From positions 1 to 59,999 of the forward strand of contig CAZSBQ010000001.1 of the NCBI GenBank assembly GCA_964604795.1: a stretch of DNA of 59,999 nt, given 5' to 3'. This document shows positions 36,564 to 46,227 of this stretch, in pieces. The notes under the pieces are model-generated. The model was not told the DNA's origin. It worked only from the letters and a program-made list of their open reading frames with translations, and did no database searches. Every line of letters begins with the position of its first letter. Within the stretch, counting starts at the first letter, position 1. The DNA is from an uncultured Victivallales bacterium. Lineage in GTDB: Bacteria > Verrucomicrobiota > Lentisphaeria > Oligosphaerales > CAZSBQ01. Both the position numbers and the translations under genes were made by a program.

Positions 36564-36628
36564 CACAACCTACAACCCACAACCCACAACTGACGACACT
36601 GATTACCGATCACCGATCACCGATTACC
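36564..36628. repeat. two adjacent heptanucleotide microsatellites
   Basis: (C/T)ACAACC repeats 4 times at 36564-36591. (T/C)ACCGAT repeats about 3.6 times at 36601-36628. Both lie in the gap between the terminator and the next gene. Confidence 0.8.
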
Positions 36629-36668
36629 TAAAAACCTGAAACAGCCAGCCTCACAGGAGTACACCTCA

Positions 36669-37997
36669 ATGCTGACCGACCAAATCGATCAACTCGCATG
36701 TCCGTTCTGCGACAGTTCGCTTGACTTGGTTCACGGCCTCGAGGATGACGGGGGCGTTGTAGTCCACGGGATCGTGGAGTGTTCCTGCTCTCAGTATCCG
36801 GCGACGCACAACATAGTCAACTTCGGCGGCAAGCACCGATTCCGGCTGGCATCCGCCGTGCGCCACCTGCAGGCTGGCGATGTGGACCAGGCCATCGCCG
36901 CACAGCTGGAGATGGAGACCCTGCCGCAGACGCTGCCGGGCAAGGCAATGCGCAAGCTGGCTCTGGCCGGCGTGGCGGGCGATCTGCCGGTCGCCCTCTG
37001 GCGCCGGCTCACGGCCCCGCCCATTAACAACATCCGCAGTTTTGCTCAAGGGGCAAAGCGACTCAATGATCAAGGATTCGGACAATACCTGGTGGACCGC
37101 TATGCTTTGCCCTCCTTTCATGCCGCTCTGCCGGTCTGCACCATGCTGCAAGCTGCTTCGCCGCACTCAATCCTGGACCTGGGCTGCGGTGCCGGGCACT
37201 ACACCACCGCACTGAAAAGGCTGTTTCCGGGGGCAGGCTACATCGGTGTCGACCAATTCTATGCGAATCTTCTGCTCGGGCAGCTCTTTCTGAACCCGGA
37301 TCGCGATCTGTACGTCTGCACCAACCTAAAGCATCCACCGTGCGTCAAAAGCAGCTTCGACCTGATTTTTGCCTCCGACATCCTCTACACGCTCTCGGTC
37401 GGCGAAGACGCCATGATGCGGTATCTTGAACAGACGTCAGATCAAGGTGTTGTCTACATCCCGCGCTTCGATCACTGCTGGGACAAGTCCTACGTGCATC
37501 CGCCGGCGAATTGCCCCGACCTGCTGCCCGAAATGACGCGCTATATTTTCGACGAAGATGCCACGATCAAAACCATCCATGAAGACGGCGGCATGACCAT
37601 GCAGCAAGGGACGGAGCAGAACCGAGAGTTGAGTGGGTGCCGCGCATACGGCGCATTGTACACGGCGAACCCCGAAGCGGCGGACTGGCAAGTGACCGAT
37701 TATCATTCCCTCGTCGCCCGCATGTTTGCGGACCTGTGGCGCGTCAGCCGCTGGTGCCACGCCGAGTCGGAATCGGACACGCGGGTCCGCCTGAAATCGA
37801 ATCCTAACATCGCCATCGCCAATCAGGCCGAATGGCGGCAAACCATCGCTCCGCATTTGCCGAATGAACTCTCCCTGCCCGCCAACTGCCTGAGCGCCGA
37901 AGATGCCGTCGATCCGCACTGCGCTGAACTGCCAAGGCTCATCCGCGATTTCGCAGTTACCCTGACACCGGAGAACTACTGCACATGGACCTCCTGA
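36669..37997 (+). CDS. class I SAM-dependent methyltransferase with N-terminal Trm112-like zinc ribbon
   Basis: AGGAG lies before the ATG. CPFC...CSC...YPATHNIVNF resembles a Trm112/UPF0434 ribbon. ILDLGCGAGHYT is SAM-binding motif I. Confidence 0.7.
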   Translation: MLTDQIDQLACPFCDSSLDLVHGLEDDGGVVVHGIVECSCSQYPATHNIVNFGGKHRFRLASAVRHLQAGDVDQAIAAQLEMETLPQTLPGKAMRKLALAGVAGDLPVALWRRLTAPPINNIRSFAQGAKRLNDQGFGQYLVDRYALPSFHAALPVCTMLQAASPHSILDLGCGAGHYTTALKRLFPGAGYIGVDQFYANLLLGQLFLNPDRDLYVCTNLKHPPCVKSSFDLIFASDILYTLSVGEDAMMRYLEQTSDQGVVYIPRFDHCWDKSYVHPPANCPDLLPEMTRYIFDEDATIKTIHEDGGMTMQQGTEQNRELSGCRAYGALYTANPEAADWQVTDYHSLVARMFADLWRVSRWCHAESESDTRVRLKSNPNIAIANQAEWRQTIAPHLPNELSLPANCLSAEDAVDPHCAELPRLIRDFAVTLTPENYCTWTS

Positions 37998-38767
37998 AGA
38001 TTCTCTTTTTATCCGTACTGCAGGGCGTCACCGAATTTTTGCCCGTCAGCAGCAGCGGTCACCTGGTGTTGGCGGGACACTTCGTCAACGTGGATGAACC
38101 CGGTGTTTTGCTCGAGGTGGTGCTGCACACCGGCACGCTGATTTCGATCCTGGTCTACTTTCACAAGGATTTGTGGTCGCTGGTCAGGCGCGGTCTGGCC
38201 TTTGAAGCGGATGCCTGGAAATTTGCCGGTCTGCTCGTGTTGGCCAGCCTTCCCGCCATTGCTGTTTACATGGGCATCGGGGACCTGATCGAAGAGCAAT
38301 TCGCTCAACCGCTGGTCGCTTCGGCCATGCTTTGCGTCACCGGTCTGCTGTTGATCGCGGTTCACTATGTGCCCGAGGGCCGGGCGGATATCGGCTGGTG
38401 GCGTTCGCTGTTGATCGGCGTGGCCCAGGCCTTCGCCATGTTGCCGGGGATCAGCCGCGCGGGCTCGACGATTTCGGTCGCCAAATTCTCGGGGGTTGGC
38501 AGCAAGGACGCCGCTCACTTCTCGTTCATGATGGCCATTCCGATCCTGGCGGGCGGCGCGCTGCTGCAGCTGCTGAAGGTGTTCAACGGCGACTATGCCG
38601 GCCAAGTGAACTTCGCGCACCTCGGCGCGGGGTTTGCGATGTCCGCACTGTCCGGCGTGCTGGCCATCGGCATTCTTATGCGGCTGCTCGTCAAAAAACG
38701 CTTTTGGCTGTTCGGCATCTACTGCCTGCTGGCCGGCTTGATCAGCGCGGCGGTCATCCTGCTTTGA
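37985..38767 (+). CDS. uppP: undecaprenyl-diphosphate phosphatase
   Basis: VTEFLPVSSSGHLVL signature, a PGISRAGSTI motif, and about 8 TM segments. Confidence 0.95.
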   Translation: MDLLKILFLSVLQGVTEFLPVSSSGHLVLAGHFVNVDEPGVLLEVVLHTGTLISILVYFHKDLWSLVRRGLAFEADAWKFAGLLVLASLPAIAVYMGIGDLIEEQFAQPLVASAMLCVTGLLLIAVHYVPEGRADIGWWRSLLIGVAQAFAMLPGISRAGSTISVAKFSGVGSKDAAHFSFMMAIPILAGGALLQLLKVFNGDYAGQVNFAHLGAGFAMSALSGVLAIGILMRLLVKKRFWLFGIYCLLAGLISAAVILL

Positions 38768-38787
38768 AACCAACCAGGACAAGCACA

Positions 38788-39912
38788 GTGGGACTGTTTC
38801 AATCCAACCGAGTGCTCTACGTCGCCAACTCGCTCGTCGTGAACGGCGGGGTCGAGCGACGCAACCTAGACCAAATCCTGCATTTGCGCGAACAGGACTT
38901 GGAGGTTCATGTCTGTGTTCTGCGCGCGGTCGGCGACATCGCCGAGGTCTATCGCAGCCACGGCATCCCCGTGTTCCACTTTCACGCCTACGACACCGGC
39001 GAAAACCGTCCCCTGCAGATTCACGTTCCCGCCCTTCTGCGGTTCTGGTGGTTTGTGCTGCGCGGACGCTACGGCGTCATCGTCGGCAGCCAGTTCCCGT
39101 CCCACTACCTCGCGCGCCTGGCCTGCCTGCCGCCCCTCGGGCGCCGCGTGTTCGCCATGGAACGCGGCATCACCGCCAACCGCAAGGCCAAGTATCGGCG
39201 CCTCGACCGGCTGTGCGCTCTCTGGACCCGCCGCGTCATCTGCATCAGCGGCGCCGTTGCCGACCAGCTGCACAAAGCCAGCCGCGTGCCGCAAAGAAAA
39301 CTCCAAGTCATTGAGGAAGGCTACGCGCCGCTGCCTGCCATCCCGCCTCCGCCGCCCGAGCTGCGGGAAACCCTGCACGGAACCACCCTCATCGGCTGCG
39401 TCGGCAACTTCACCCCGCTCAAGCGCCAGGAAACCCTGGTCCGCGCCTTTGCTCGGGTGCACCGGCACCGCCCCAACACCCGGCTGATCCTGGTCGGCGA
39501 CGGCGACCGACGCGAAGACGTCGAGCAGGTCGCCGAGCATCTCGACATCCGGCACGCCGTGATTTTCACCGGCGCGGTCGACAACGCCCACGCCTACTAC
39601 CCGCTCTTCGACCTGTTCGCGTTTCCCTCGGTCTCGGAAGGGCTGGGCGGCGTTTTCGTCGAAGCACGGCTGCACAAGCTGCCCGTGATCTGCGCGGACG
39701 TCCGGCCCATGTCTGACTACATCCGTCACGGTGTCGACGGACTTTTGTTCGCGTCCGACGACGCCGACGACCTGGACCGGCAGATCAACGTGCTGCTTGA
39801 CAATCCCGAATTAAGCCGTAGAATCTCTGCTGAGGGTTGCGAGCAGGCAAAACGAGTATTCGACAACGAACGTCAAATGGCGCGCCTGCACGCCCTGCTG
39901 ACAGAGTCCTGA
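38788..39912 (+). CDS. GT4-family glycosyltransferase
   Basis: GTG 38788 lies within ORF 38332-39912; the upstream part of that ORF overlaps uppP in another frame. The N-terminus VLYVANSLVVNGGVER and the C-terminal EGLGGVFVEARLHKLPVICADV...DGLLF are typical of GT-B/GT4. Confidence 0.85.
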   Translation: MGLFQSNRVLYVANSLVVNGGVERRNLDQILHLREQDLEVHVCVLRAVGDIAEVYRSHGIPVFHFHAYDTGENRPLQIHVPALLRFWWFVLRGRYGVIVGSQFPSHYLARLACLPPLGRRVFAMERGITANRKAKYRRLDRLCALWTRRVICISGAVADQLHKASRVPQRKLQVIEEGYAPLPAIPPPPPELRETLHGTTLIGCVGNFTPLKRQETLVRAFARVHRHRPNTRLILVGDGDRREDVEQVAEHLDIRHAVIFTGAVDNAHAYYPLFDLFAFPSVSEGLGGVFVEARLHKLPVICADVRPMSDYIRHGVDGLLFASDDADDLDRQINVLLDNPELSRRISAEGCEQAKRVFDNERQMARLHALLTES

Positions 39913-39945
39913 ACCCGAAAGACCGTCCCCGTGCCTGGAGAGAGC

Positions 39946-41121
39946 ATGGCCATCGCAGTATTCATTGCTTCCGTAACGATTCTGGCCACAGTCCTGGGCC
40001 TGTATCCGCTGCTCCTGCGGCTGTGCGCACCGTTTCTGCGACACGAGCATCCCTTGGGACCGCCCAATCCACCGGATGCCGAGCTGCCGACGGTCACGTG
40101 CATTGTCGCCGCGCGCAACGCCGAACTGCTGATCGAAGCCAAAGTGCGCAACACCCTGGAAATCGACTACCCAGAGGACAAGCTGGACGCCATCTTCTGC
40201 TCGGACGGATCGACCGACCGCACGGCGGAAATCCTGCGCGATCTGGCCGCCAAACACCCCCGCATCCTCATTCTCGAGTCGGAAGCGCACGAGGGCAAAA
40301 TCGCCGCTCTCAACCAAGCCGTCCCCAAAACCGAAGCCGAACTGCTGCTCTTCACCGACGCGGATGCCAGACTGTCCCCAGACTGTCTGCGCGCCCTCGT
40401 GCGGCACTATGCCGATCCCGCCATCGGCGGCGTCTGCGGACGCCGCACCATCGGCGAAGAGTCCGACACGCTGCACTCCGCTCAAAACCGCCATTTCCGT
40501 TTTCATGCATGCATCCAGCAGATCGAATCCGAAATCAGCAGCATCACCGCCAATGAAGGCAAACTGTACACCATGCGCAGAGCACTCTACCAAGGGATCG
40601 CCCCGGCCGTGACCGACGACCTCTTCACCTGCTTGTCGGTTGCCGCTCAGGGATACCGGTTCATCTACGAACCCCAGGCTGTCGCGCATGTTCCTCTGCC
40701 CTCCCGATCGCTGTCGCACGAGGTCACCCGCCGTCGCCGCATCGTCTCCACCAGCCTGCGCGGCATTTGGCTGCACCGCAGCCTGCTCAACCCGTTCCGA
40801 CACGGAGTCTTCGCCGCGGGATTGTTCATCAACAAAATTCTGCGCCGACTCCTGGCGGTCTTCCTGCTGCTGCTGCTGGTCAGCACCTGTTTCCTGGCGG
40901 ACCGCCCCCTCTTCCTTGCTCTGCTGTTCGCCCAAGCCGCCTTCTATGCCGCAGTCCCGACGCATCTGCTCTGCCGCCGCCTCAACCTCCATCCGCCACT
41001 GCTCGGCAAGGTATTGTCGACCGTCACCTACTTCTGCATCGGCGTGTTCGGCAGCCTGCTCGGATTCCTGGACTTCCTGCGCGGCAAAGCCGTCGGCCGA
41101 TGGGACCCCGTCAAAGTTTGA
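39946..41121 (+). CDS. GT2-family membrane glycosyltransferase
   Basis: PTVTCIVAARNAE...SDGSTDRT...FTDADARL (DxD). C-terminal TM helices. An alternative GTG start is at 39931. Confidence 0.85.
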   Translation: MAIAVFIASVTILATVLGLYPLLLRLCAPFLRHEHPLGPPNPPDAELPTVTCIVAARNAELLIEAKVRNTLEIDYPEDKLDAIFCSDGSTDRTAEILRDLAAKHPRILILESEAHEGKIAALNQAVPKTEAELLLFTDADARLSPDCLRALVRHYADPAIGGVCGRRTIGEESDTLHSAQNRHFRFHACIQQIESEISSITANEGKLYTMRRALYQGIAPAVTDDLFTCLSVAAQGYRFIYEPQAVAHVPLPSRSLSHEVTRRRRIVSTSLRGIWLHRSLLNPFRHGVFAAGLFINKILRRLLAVFLLLLLVSTCFLADRPLFLALLFAQAAFYAAVPTHLLCRRLNLHPPLLGKVLSTVTYFCIGVFGSLLGFLDFLRGKAVGRWDPVKV

Positions 41122-41237
41122 CAGAGATATACAACAGCAATAAGGTACAGGACCTGATTGGTTTGAGCATCCTTGCATCGGGATGAGAAGGCGTTAGAAA
41201 GAATTGTTGCCTGCTCGTGAAGGCCAGGTGTTATACC

Positions 41238-42494
41238 ATGAATACAACCGTAAACACTCAGGCCTCGCAGAGAAGTCATGTGCCACTCTGGAAACGAACA
41301 GTCAGTGCTGCTGCCGTCAATCTGCTGATTCTGCTGGTGTTGTTGGGCCTGTTTGAGGCAGCCGGATTTCTGCTTCCGCGCCAGACGGTGGCCAATCTTT
41401 TCCCCTACCGCAGCGGTTCGAACAGCCATCCTCGGCCCCCAAACATTCAACAACCAAAGCCCTTGCGCGGGTACCCCCGCGAGTATTACAGTGCACATCC
41501 GCACCGAGGATTCTCCATCGCACGCAACACAACTCCGCAACTTGACTGGGTGGACGGCGTGAGCTACAAAATTTGGGGGAATCGCTTCGGCTGCTTTGAC
41601 AGCGACGACGAGATCGTCGAGCCCTACATCTATTTGACGGGCGACAGCTATGCTTGGGGCTACACCCCCTTCAAGCACAAGTTCGGCACTGTGCTTGAGC
41701 AGAACATGGGCAGGCGAGTTGTAAAAGCGGGGGTCTCCCACAGCGGCCAACTCCATCAACTTGACAAAATGAACGAGCTGACCGAAGAATTCGGCATCTC
41801 GCCAAAGACAATAGTGGTTTCCTTCTACGAGAATGACGTGGCAAACGATTTTGCCTACCCGCATTCAGCAGTGATGGAAGGATACCAAGTCGATGTCAAG
41901 CACATTGTCAAAACCGAAGACGGCTATGAAATTTCCCGCGAGGACGAAGATATCCTTCGCGCGAAAGTGCGCAGAGTTGTAGAGACAACCAAAAAGCAGC
42001 CTCCGGACCGGCTTGCTGCCTTTCGATTCCGAGCAAAAAAGTACTCTCTGACTTTTACCTTGCTGGACCGTGCCAAAGATTTCCTGGGGGCCGCCTCTTC
42101 GAACTCGCAACACCAAAGGGGCATTTACTCCCGCCCGAAGATTTTTCGGCGAAATGATCGCTTTTGGTATGCCGACAACCCCCATGCCGAGAATAACCGA
42201 ACCGCCATCCTGCAGTTTCGCAAAGCGGCGGAACACCATGGGGCACGCCTTCTTTTCCTCCTTGTTCCACCGATGTTCGAGCATCTCAACGATGACTACT
42301 ACGCCCAACTTAAAAATTTTCTGCACTCCAATGATGTCAATTTCGTCGATCTGGCCTCCGCCTTTCCCCAGGATTCTTTTCCCTGTGACTTCTACTGGCC
42401 GAATGACGGGCATTTGAACATCCGCGGCAACGCCTTTGCCGCCAATATCCTTGAGCGAAGCTTGAAGGAACGATCCAGCAACCATTCGGAATAG
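41238..42494 (+). CDS. membrane-anchored SGNH/GDSL-like hydrolase or acyltransferase-associated protein
   Basis: N-terminal TM helix. YLTGDSYAWGY looks like block I GDS and WPNDGHLNIRGN like block V DxxH. The assignment is tentative. Confidence 0.55.
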   Translation: MNTTVNTQASQRSHVPLWKRTVSAAAVNLLILLVLLGLFEAAGFLLPRQTVANLFPYRSGSNSHPRPPNIQQPKPLRGYPREYYSAHPHRGFSIARNTTPQLDWVDGVSYKIWGNRFGCFDSDDEIVEPYIYLTGDSYAWGYTPFKHKFGTVLEQNMGRRVVKAGVSHSGQLHQLDKMNELTEEFGISPKTIVVSFYENDVANDFAYPHSAVMEGYQVDVKHIVKTEDGYEISREDEDILRAKVRRVVETTKKQPPDRLAAFRFRAKKYSLTFTLLDRAKDFLGAASSNSQHQRGIYSRPKIFRRNDRFWYADNPHAENNRTAILQFRKAAEHHGARLLFLLVPPMFEHLNDDYYAQLKNFLHSNDVNFVDLASAFPQDSFPCDFYWPNDGHLNIRGNAFAANILERSLKERSSNHSE

Positions 42495-42522
42495 CATCGC
42501 GTGAAAGGATGCGGAGACCACT

Positions 42523-44397
42523 GTGGCAAAACCAAAAACAATCCTCGGAATTTCTGCCTTCTATCACGATTCCGCCGCAGCCTTGACGGCGGACGATGAG
42601 ATCGTGGCCGCAGCGCAGGAGGAGCGCTTCACACGAAAAAAACACACAGCCGACTTTCCCAAGCAGGCCATCCGCTACTGCCTGGATGAAGGGGGGTATA
42701 CTCTGGATGAATTGGACGCCGTTGTCTTCTACGACAAACCTCTTCTTAAATTCGAACGCCTTTTGGAAACCTACTACGCCTTCGCTCCCCGCGGCTTGCT
42801 GTCCTTTCTCGCGGCCATCCCGATTTGGGTTCAGGACAAGCTGTTTCTGAAACGAGTTCTGCACCAGTCTCTGGCGGAATTGGAGAAATACGACAAAAAG
42901 ACACTGCGCCTTCTCTTCTCCTCTCACCATCTCTCCCATGCCGCCAGTGCCTTTTATCCCTCGCCCTTTCAGGAGGCCGCCATTCTGACCATCGACGGCG
43001 TCGGCGAATGGGCCACCGCATCGATAAGCCGAGGACGCGGCAAGGACATTGAGCTGATCAAGGAATTGCACTTCCCTCATTCTGTGGGGCTCTTGTACTC
43101 CGCTTTCACCTACTACCTCGGCTTCCGTGTTAATTCCGGAGAATACAAGCTTATGGGATTGGCCCCCTACGGCAACCCCGAAGGAAAAAGCACCCAACGC
43201 TTCATCGACGATATACGCAATACCATCGTCCAGATCAAAAACGACGGATCGATTTGCCTGAACCAAAAGTACTTCGCATATGCTACCGGATTGCGAATGG
43301 TACGAGATCGCAAATGGGAAAAACTTTTTGGCTTTCCAAGACTTCGGCCAGGCGAAGAGATTGGGCAGGAGCACTGTGACTTAGCCTATGCGATTCAGAA
43401 AGTGACGGAAGACATCGTTCTCCGGATGGCCGAAGACTCCCTGCGCAGCACAGGCATGCGCAATCTCTGCCTCGCCGGAGGAGTTGCTTTGAATTGTGTC
43501 GCGAACGGACGAATTCTGAGGGAATCCGACTGCGACAAACTGTTTATCCAACCTGCCGCAGGCGATGCGGGCGGCGCGTTGGGAGCGGCGCTCGGCGCCT
43601 ACCATCTTCACTTCGATCAAGAACGCCGGACACCTGCCTCAGGGGACCGAATGAAAGGCGCCTACCTGGGCCCCTATTTCTCAGAGAAGGAAATTATCCG
43701 CACGTTTCGCCTGTACAAAGCACCCTATCAACGCGTGGATGACCAAACTCAACTCTACCGACAAGTCGCCAGCCACATAGCGGAAGGACACGTAGTGGGG
43801 TGGTTTCAGGGACGCATGGAGTATGGTCCCCGCGCCCTTGGCAATCGGAGCATCCTGGCCGATGCGAGAGACCGAGACATCCAGAAAAAGCTGAATTTGA
43901 AGATCAAGTATCGCGAAAGCTTTCGTCCTTTCGCCCCCGCCGTTCTGGCGGAGGATGCTGCCGACTATTTCGACTTGGATACGGATTCGCCCTATATGCT
44001 CTTGACGGCGCCGGTAACCGCATCCATTCGCGCCGATCTTCCGGATGACTACCACGACTGGGCACTCTGGGACAAGCTCTATTACACACGCAGCACTGTA
44101 CCCGCCATCACGCATCTGGATTTCTCCGCTCGAATTCAAACGGTCCACTCGGAAACAAATGCCAAATTCCATGGCCTTCTTCAAGCGGTGAAGCAACGAA
44201 CCGGCTACGGCGTTGTCGTGAACACCAGCTTCAACGTCCGCGGCGAACCGATCGTGTGCACTCCGGAAGACGCCTACCGCTGCTTCATGCGCACCGAAAT
44301 GGACATACTTGTGGTCAATGACTGCATTCTTGAAAAGACGGAACAGCCGGACTGGCGGAATCGCGAACGCTGGCGGGAAACGTTCGCCCCAGATTGA
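42523..44397 (+). CDS. carbamoyltransferase (NodU/CmcH family)
   Basis: ILGISAFYHDSAAAL...AAQEERFTRKKH is an N-terminal family signature. Length 624 aa. The C-terminal domain carries VNTSFNVRGEPIVCTPEDAY. GTG start with GGAG upstream. Confidence 0.9.
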   Translation: MAKPKTILGISAFYHDSAAALTADDEIVAAAQEERFTRKKHTADFPKQAIRYCLDEGGYTLDELDAVVFYDKPLLKFERLLETYYAFAPRGLLSFLAAIPIWVQDKLFLKRVLHQSLAELEKYDKKTLRLLFSSHHLSHAASAFYPSPFQEAAILTIDGVGEWATASISRGRGKDIELIKELHFPHSVGLLYSAFTYYLGFRVNSGEYKLMGLAPYGNPEGKSTQRFIDDIRNTIVQIKNDGSICLNQKYFAYATGLRMVRDRKWEKLFGFPRLRPGEEIGQEHCDLAYAIQKVTEDIVLRMAEDSLRSTGMRNLCLAGGVALNCVANGRILRESDCDKLFIQPAAGDAGGALGAALGAYHLHFDQERRTPASGDRMKGAYLGPYFSEKEIIRTFRLYKAPYQRVDDQTQLYRQVASHIAEGHVVGWFQGRMEYGPRALGNRSILADARDRDIQKKLNLKIKYRESFRPFAPAVLAEDAADYFDLDTDSPYMLLTAPVTASIRADLPDDYHDWALWDKLYYTRSTVPAITHLDFSARIQTVHSETNAKFHGLLQAVKQRTGYGVVVNTSFNVRGEPIVCTPEDAYRCFMRTEMDILVVNDCILEKTEQPDWRNRERWRETFAPD

Positions 44398-44474
44398 GAT
44401 TGTGTTTTTCGAGGATGTTCGACGAAAGGCGGAAAACAAGCGACACAAACCCAAAGAATATGCGAGGCTAAAGT

Positions 44475-44625
44475 ATGGGTTGTCTTGGCGACATCTGGAA
44501 CTTTATGAAGGAACGCAAAAAAATTCTGGCTGGCCCCCGTGGTTATTGTCCTGCTACTGCTGGGCAGCATTCTAATCTTTGGTGCCAGCAGCGCGGTTGC
44601 CCCTTTCATCTACACACTTTTCTGA
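44475..44625 (+). pseudogene. DUF5989-like small membrane protein gene with apparent +1 frameshift in an A7 run
   Basis: GAGG lies before ATG 44475. Frame 0 reads MGCLGDIWNFMKERKK up to the A7 run at 44517-44523. The +1 frame continues FWLAPVVIVLLLLGSILIFGASSAVAPFIYTLF* (stop 44623-44625), a clean TM helix with a family-typical end. Frame 0 continues into non-hydrophobic sequence. Confidence 0.55.
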
Positions 44626-44638
44626 GCAAGGTGCCGAC

Positions 44639-45010
44639 ATGAGGAATCCGTCCGAATCCCCCTATCAAACTGCACTTGTCGTAAGCACGGGATTTCTGGT
44701 CCTTGCGCTTCTCTTTAGCTGGCAATGGGCAATCTGGGTCGCCTTGGCTGTCGGCTTGGGCAGCAGCTTGTCCTTGAAGCTGACCCGTATAGTCCACCGC
44801 TTGTGGATGGGACTGGCCCACCTGCTCGGCCGGATCATCCCGAACCTCGTCTGGACAATTGTCTTCTACCTGATCCTGACCCCGATAGCCCTTGTCTACC
44901 GCCTGTGCAACCGAGACCCCCTGCATTGCCGAGGACAGCAGAACTCCATGTTCCACGCATACACCGGAGACCAGCCCGCCCAAAAGGACTTTTTCGACAA
45001 AACATGGTAG
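44639..45010 (+). CDS. SxtJ-like small membrane protein
   Basis: ATG 44639 lies within ORF 44579-45010. Length 123 aa with about 3 TM segments. It holds the usual position after a carbamoyltransferase and a DUF5989 gene. Confidence 0.55.
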   Translation: MRNPSESPYQTALVVSTGFLVLALLFSWQWAIWVALAVGLGSSLSLKLTRIVHRLWMGLAHLLGRIIPNLVWTIVFYLILTPIALVYRLCNRDPLHCRGQQNSMFHAYTGDQPAQKDFFDKTW

Positions 45011-45059
45011 ATTGATGGTGCACAGATCATGCTCGCTCCAGACGGAAGAACAAAGTCAC

Positions 45060-46016
45060 ATGACAACAAATAGCGTCATCATCCCCACCTACAATCGGCC
45101 GGACGATCTCGACCGATGTCTGGCCTCCATTACCGAGCAAACTCTGCTTCCCGACGAAGTGCTGGTCATCGACGACGGGGACCTGCCCGGGCTGCCCCAC
45201 CGGGAACGCCTCGAGCAACTCGGCGTGCGCTGCGAACTGCGCAAAAAACCGCAAAATGAAAAAGGCCTGACACGCTCCCGCAATCTCGGCGTCGAGCTGG
45301 CCAGCGGCGAGCATATTCTCTTCTTTGACGACGATGTGGAACTGGCGCCCGACTACGTTGAGCAGATTCAGGTGGCGTACGACAACACCGACGACCCCAA
45401 GCTCGGCGGTGTCGGCGGTTTCGACCTGCTTACGCCTTCGCCCACACCATTGACCTATTGCGAGTATTTTTACAACAGGCTGTTTTTGATCTCGCCCCGG
45501 CGTCCGTACACCATCAGCCCCTCCGGATTCACCGAGCTGTTGCCCGCGCTGCGCTGCTTTCCTCCGAGGCAGCTGTCCCCTGCCGATATGCTGTTCGGAT
45601 ATTCGTTCTCCTTTCACCGCCGGGTTTTCGAAAAGTGCCGGTTTGCCGAACACTATACGCACGGATACTGTCAGGGAGAGGACAAGGAATTCACGCTGCG
45701 TGTATCCGCCGACTTCAATCTCTATTTTCAGCCCTCGGCCCGCCTGCGGCACTTCCACTCCCCCGCCGAGCGCGTCGACAAGTATCGGCGTGGCAGGGAT
45801 TATGTTCTGGCGGCGCACGGTCTTGCCACCACCGGCCGGGGGCGCACTGCCCTCTTCTTCTACTCGTGGGTGGGGCACTTCCTGAAACGGCTCGCAACGG
45901 CGTGCGTGAAACACGACCGCGATGAATTCCTGAGGGTCAGAGGAATCCTGGATGCCGCAGTCATGGTGCTGCGGGGTGAGGACCATGCATACAAACCGAA
46001 ATCACAGGCGCCGTGA
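45060..46016 (+). CDS. GT2-family glycosyltransferase
   Basis: ATG 45060 lies within ORF 44892-46016. VIIPTYNRPDDLDRCLASITEQT and FFDDDVEL (DxD). Confidence 0.85.
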   Translation: MTTNSVIIPTYNRPDDLDRCLASITEQTLLPDEVLVIDDGDLPGLPHRERLEQLGVRCELRKKPQNEKGLTRSRNLGVELASGEHILFFDDDVELAPDYVEQIQVAYDNTDDPKLGGVGGFDLLTPSPTPLTYCEYFYNRLFLISPRRPYTISPSGFTELLPALRCFPPRQLSPADMLFGYSFSFHRRVFEKCRFAEHYTHGYCQGEDKEFTLRVSADFNLYFQPSARLRHFHSPAERVDKYRRGRDYVLAAHGLATTGRGRTALFFYSWVGHFLKRLATACVKHDRDEFLRVRGILDAAVMVLRGEDHAYKPKSQAP

Positions 46017-46148
46017 GCAACACATGGACGTTCACCGTCTTTTCGGGAAGCCATACGAAGTCCGTGATCGGAAGGGTTCATCGGCAGCAAGAAACTTTGT
46101 TGGCCAGACCCTTTGCCAACCCAGGCTGATTCTTCAAACGGTACCGGG

Positions 46149-46176
46149 TTGACATCCGACTGTGCAATCGTATAAT
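46149..46176 (+). promoter_or_regulatory. near-consensus sigma70-type promoter
   Basis: TTGACA (46149-46154), a 16-nt spacer, then TATAAT (46171-46176). It sits 52 nt upstream of ATG 46228 in a 200-bp gap. Confidence 0.45.
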
Positions 46177-46227
46177 CGTCAACAACGATGAAGTGGATGA
46201 GAGCTTGAGAAACTGGTCTTGGCACCA

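Noticed and set aside
44309-44575. 88-aa plus-strand ORF overlapping the carbamoyltransferase 3' end and the miniprotein gene
   Set aside because: It is in a different frame from both supported genes and has no membrane or other features.
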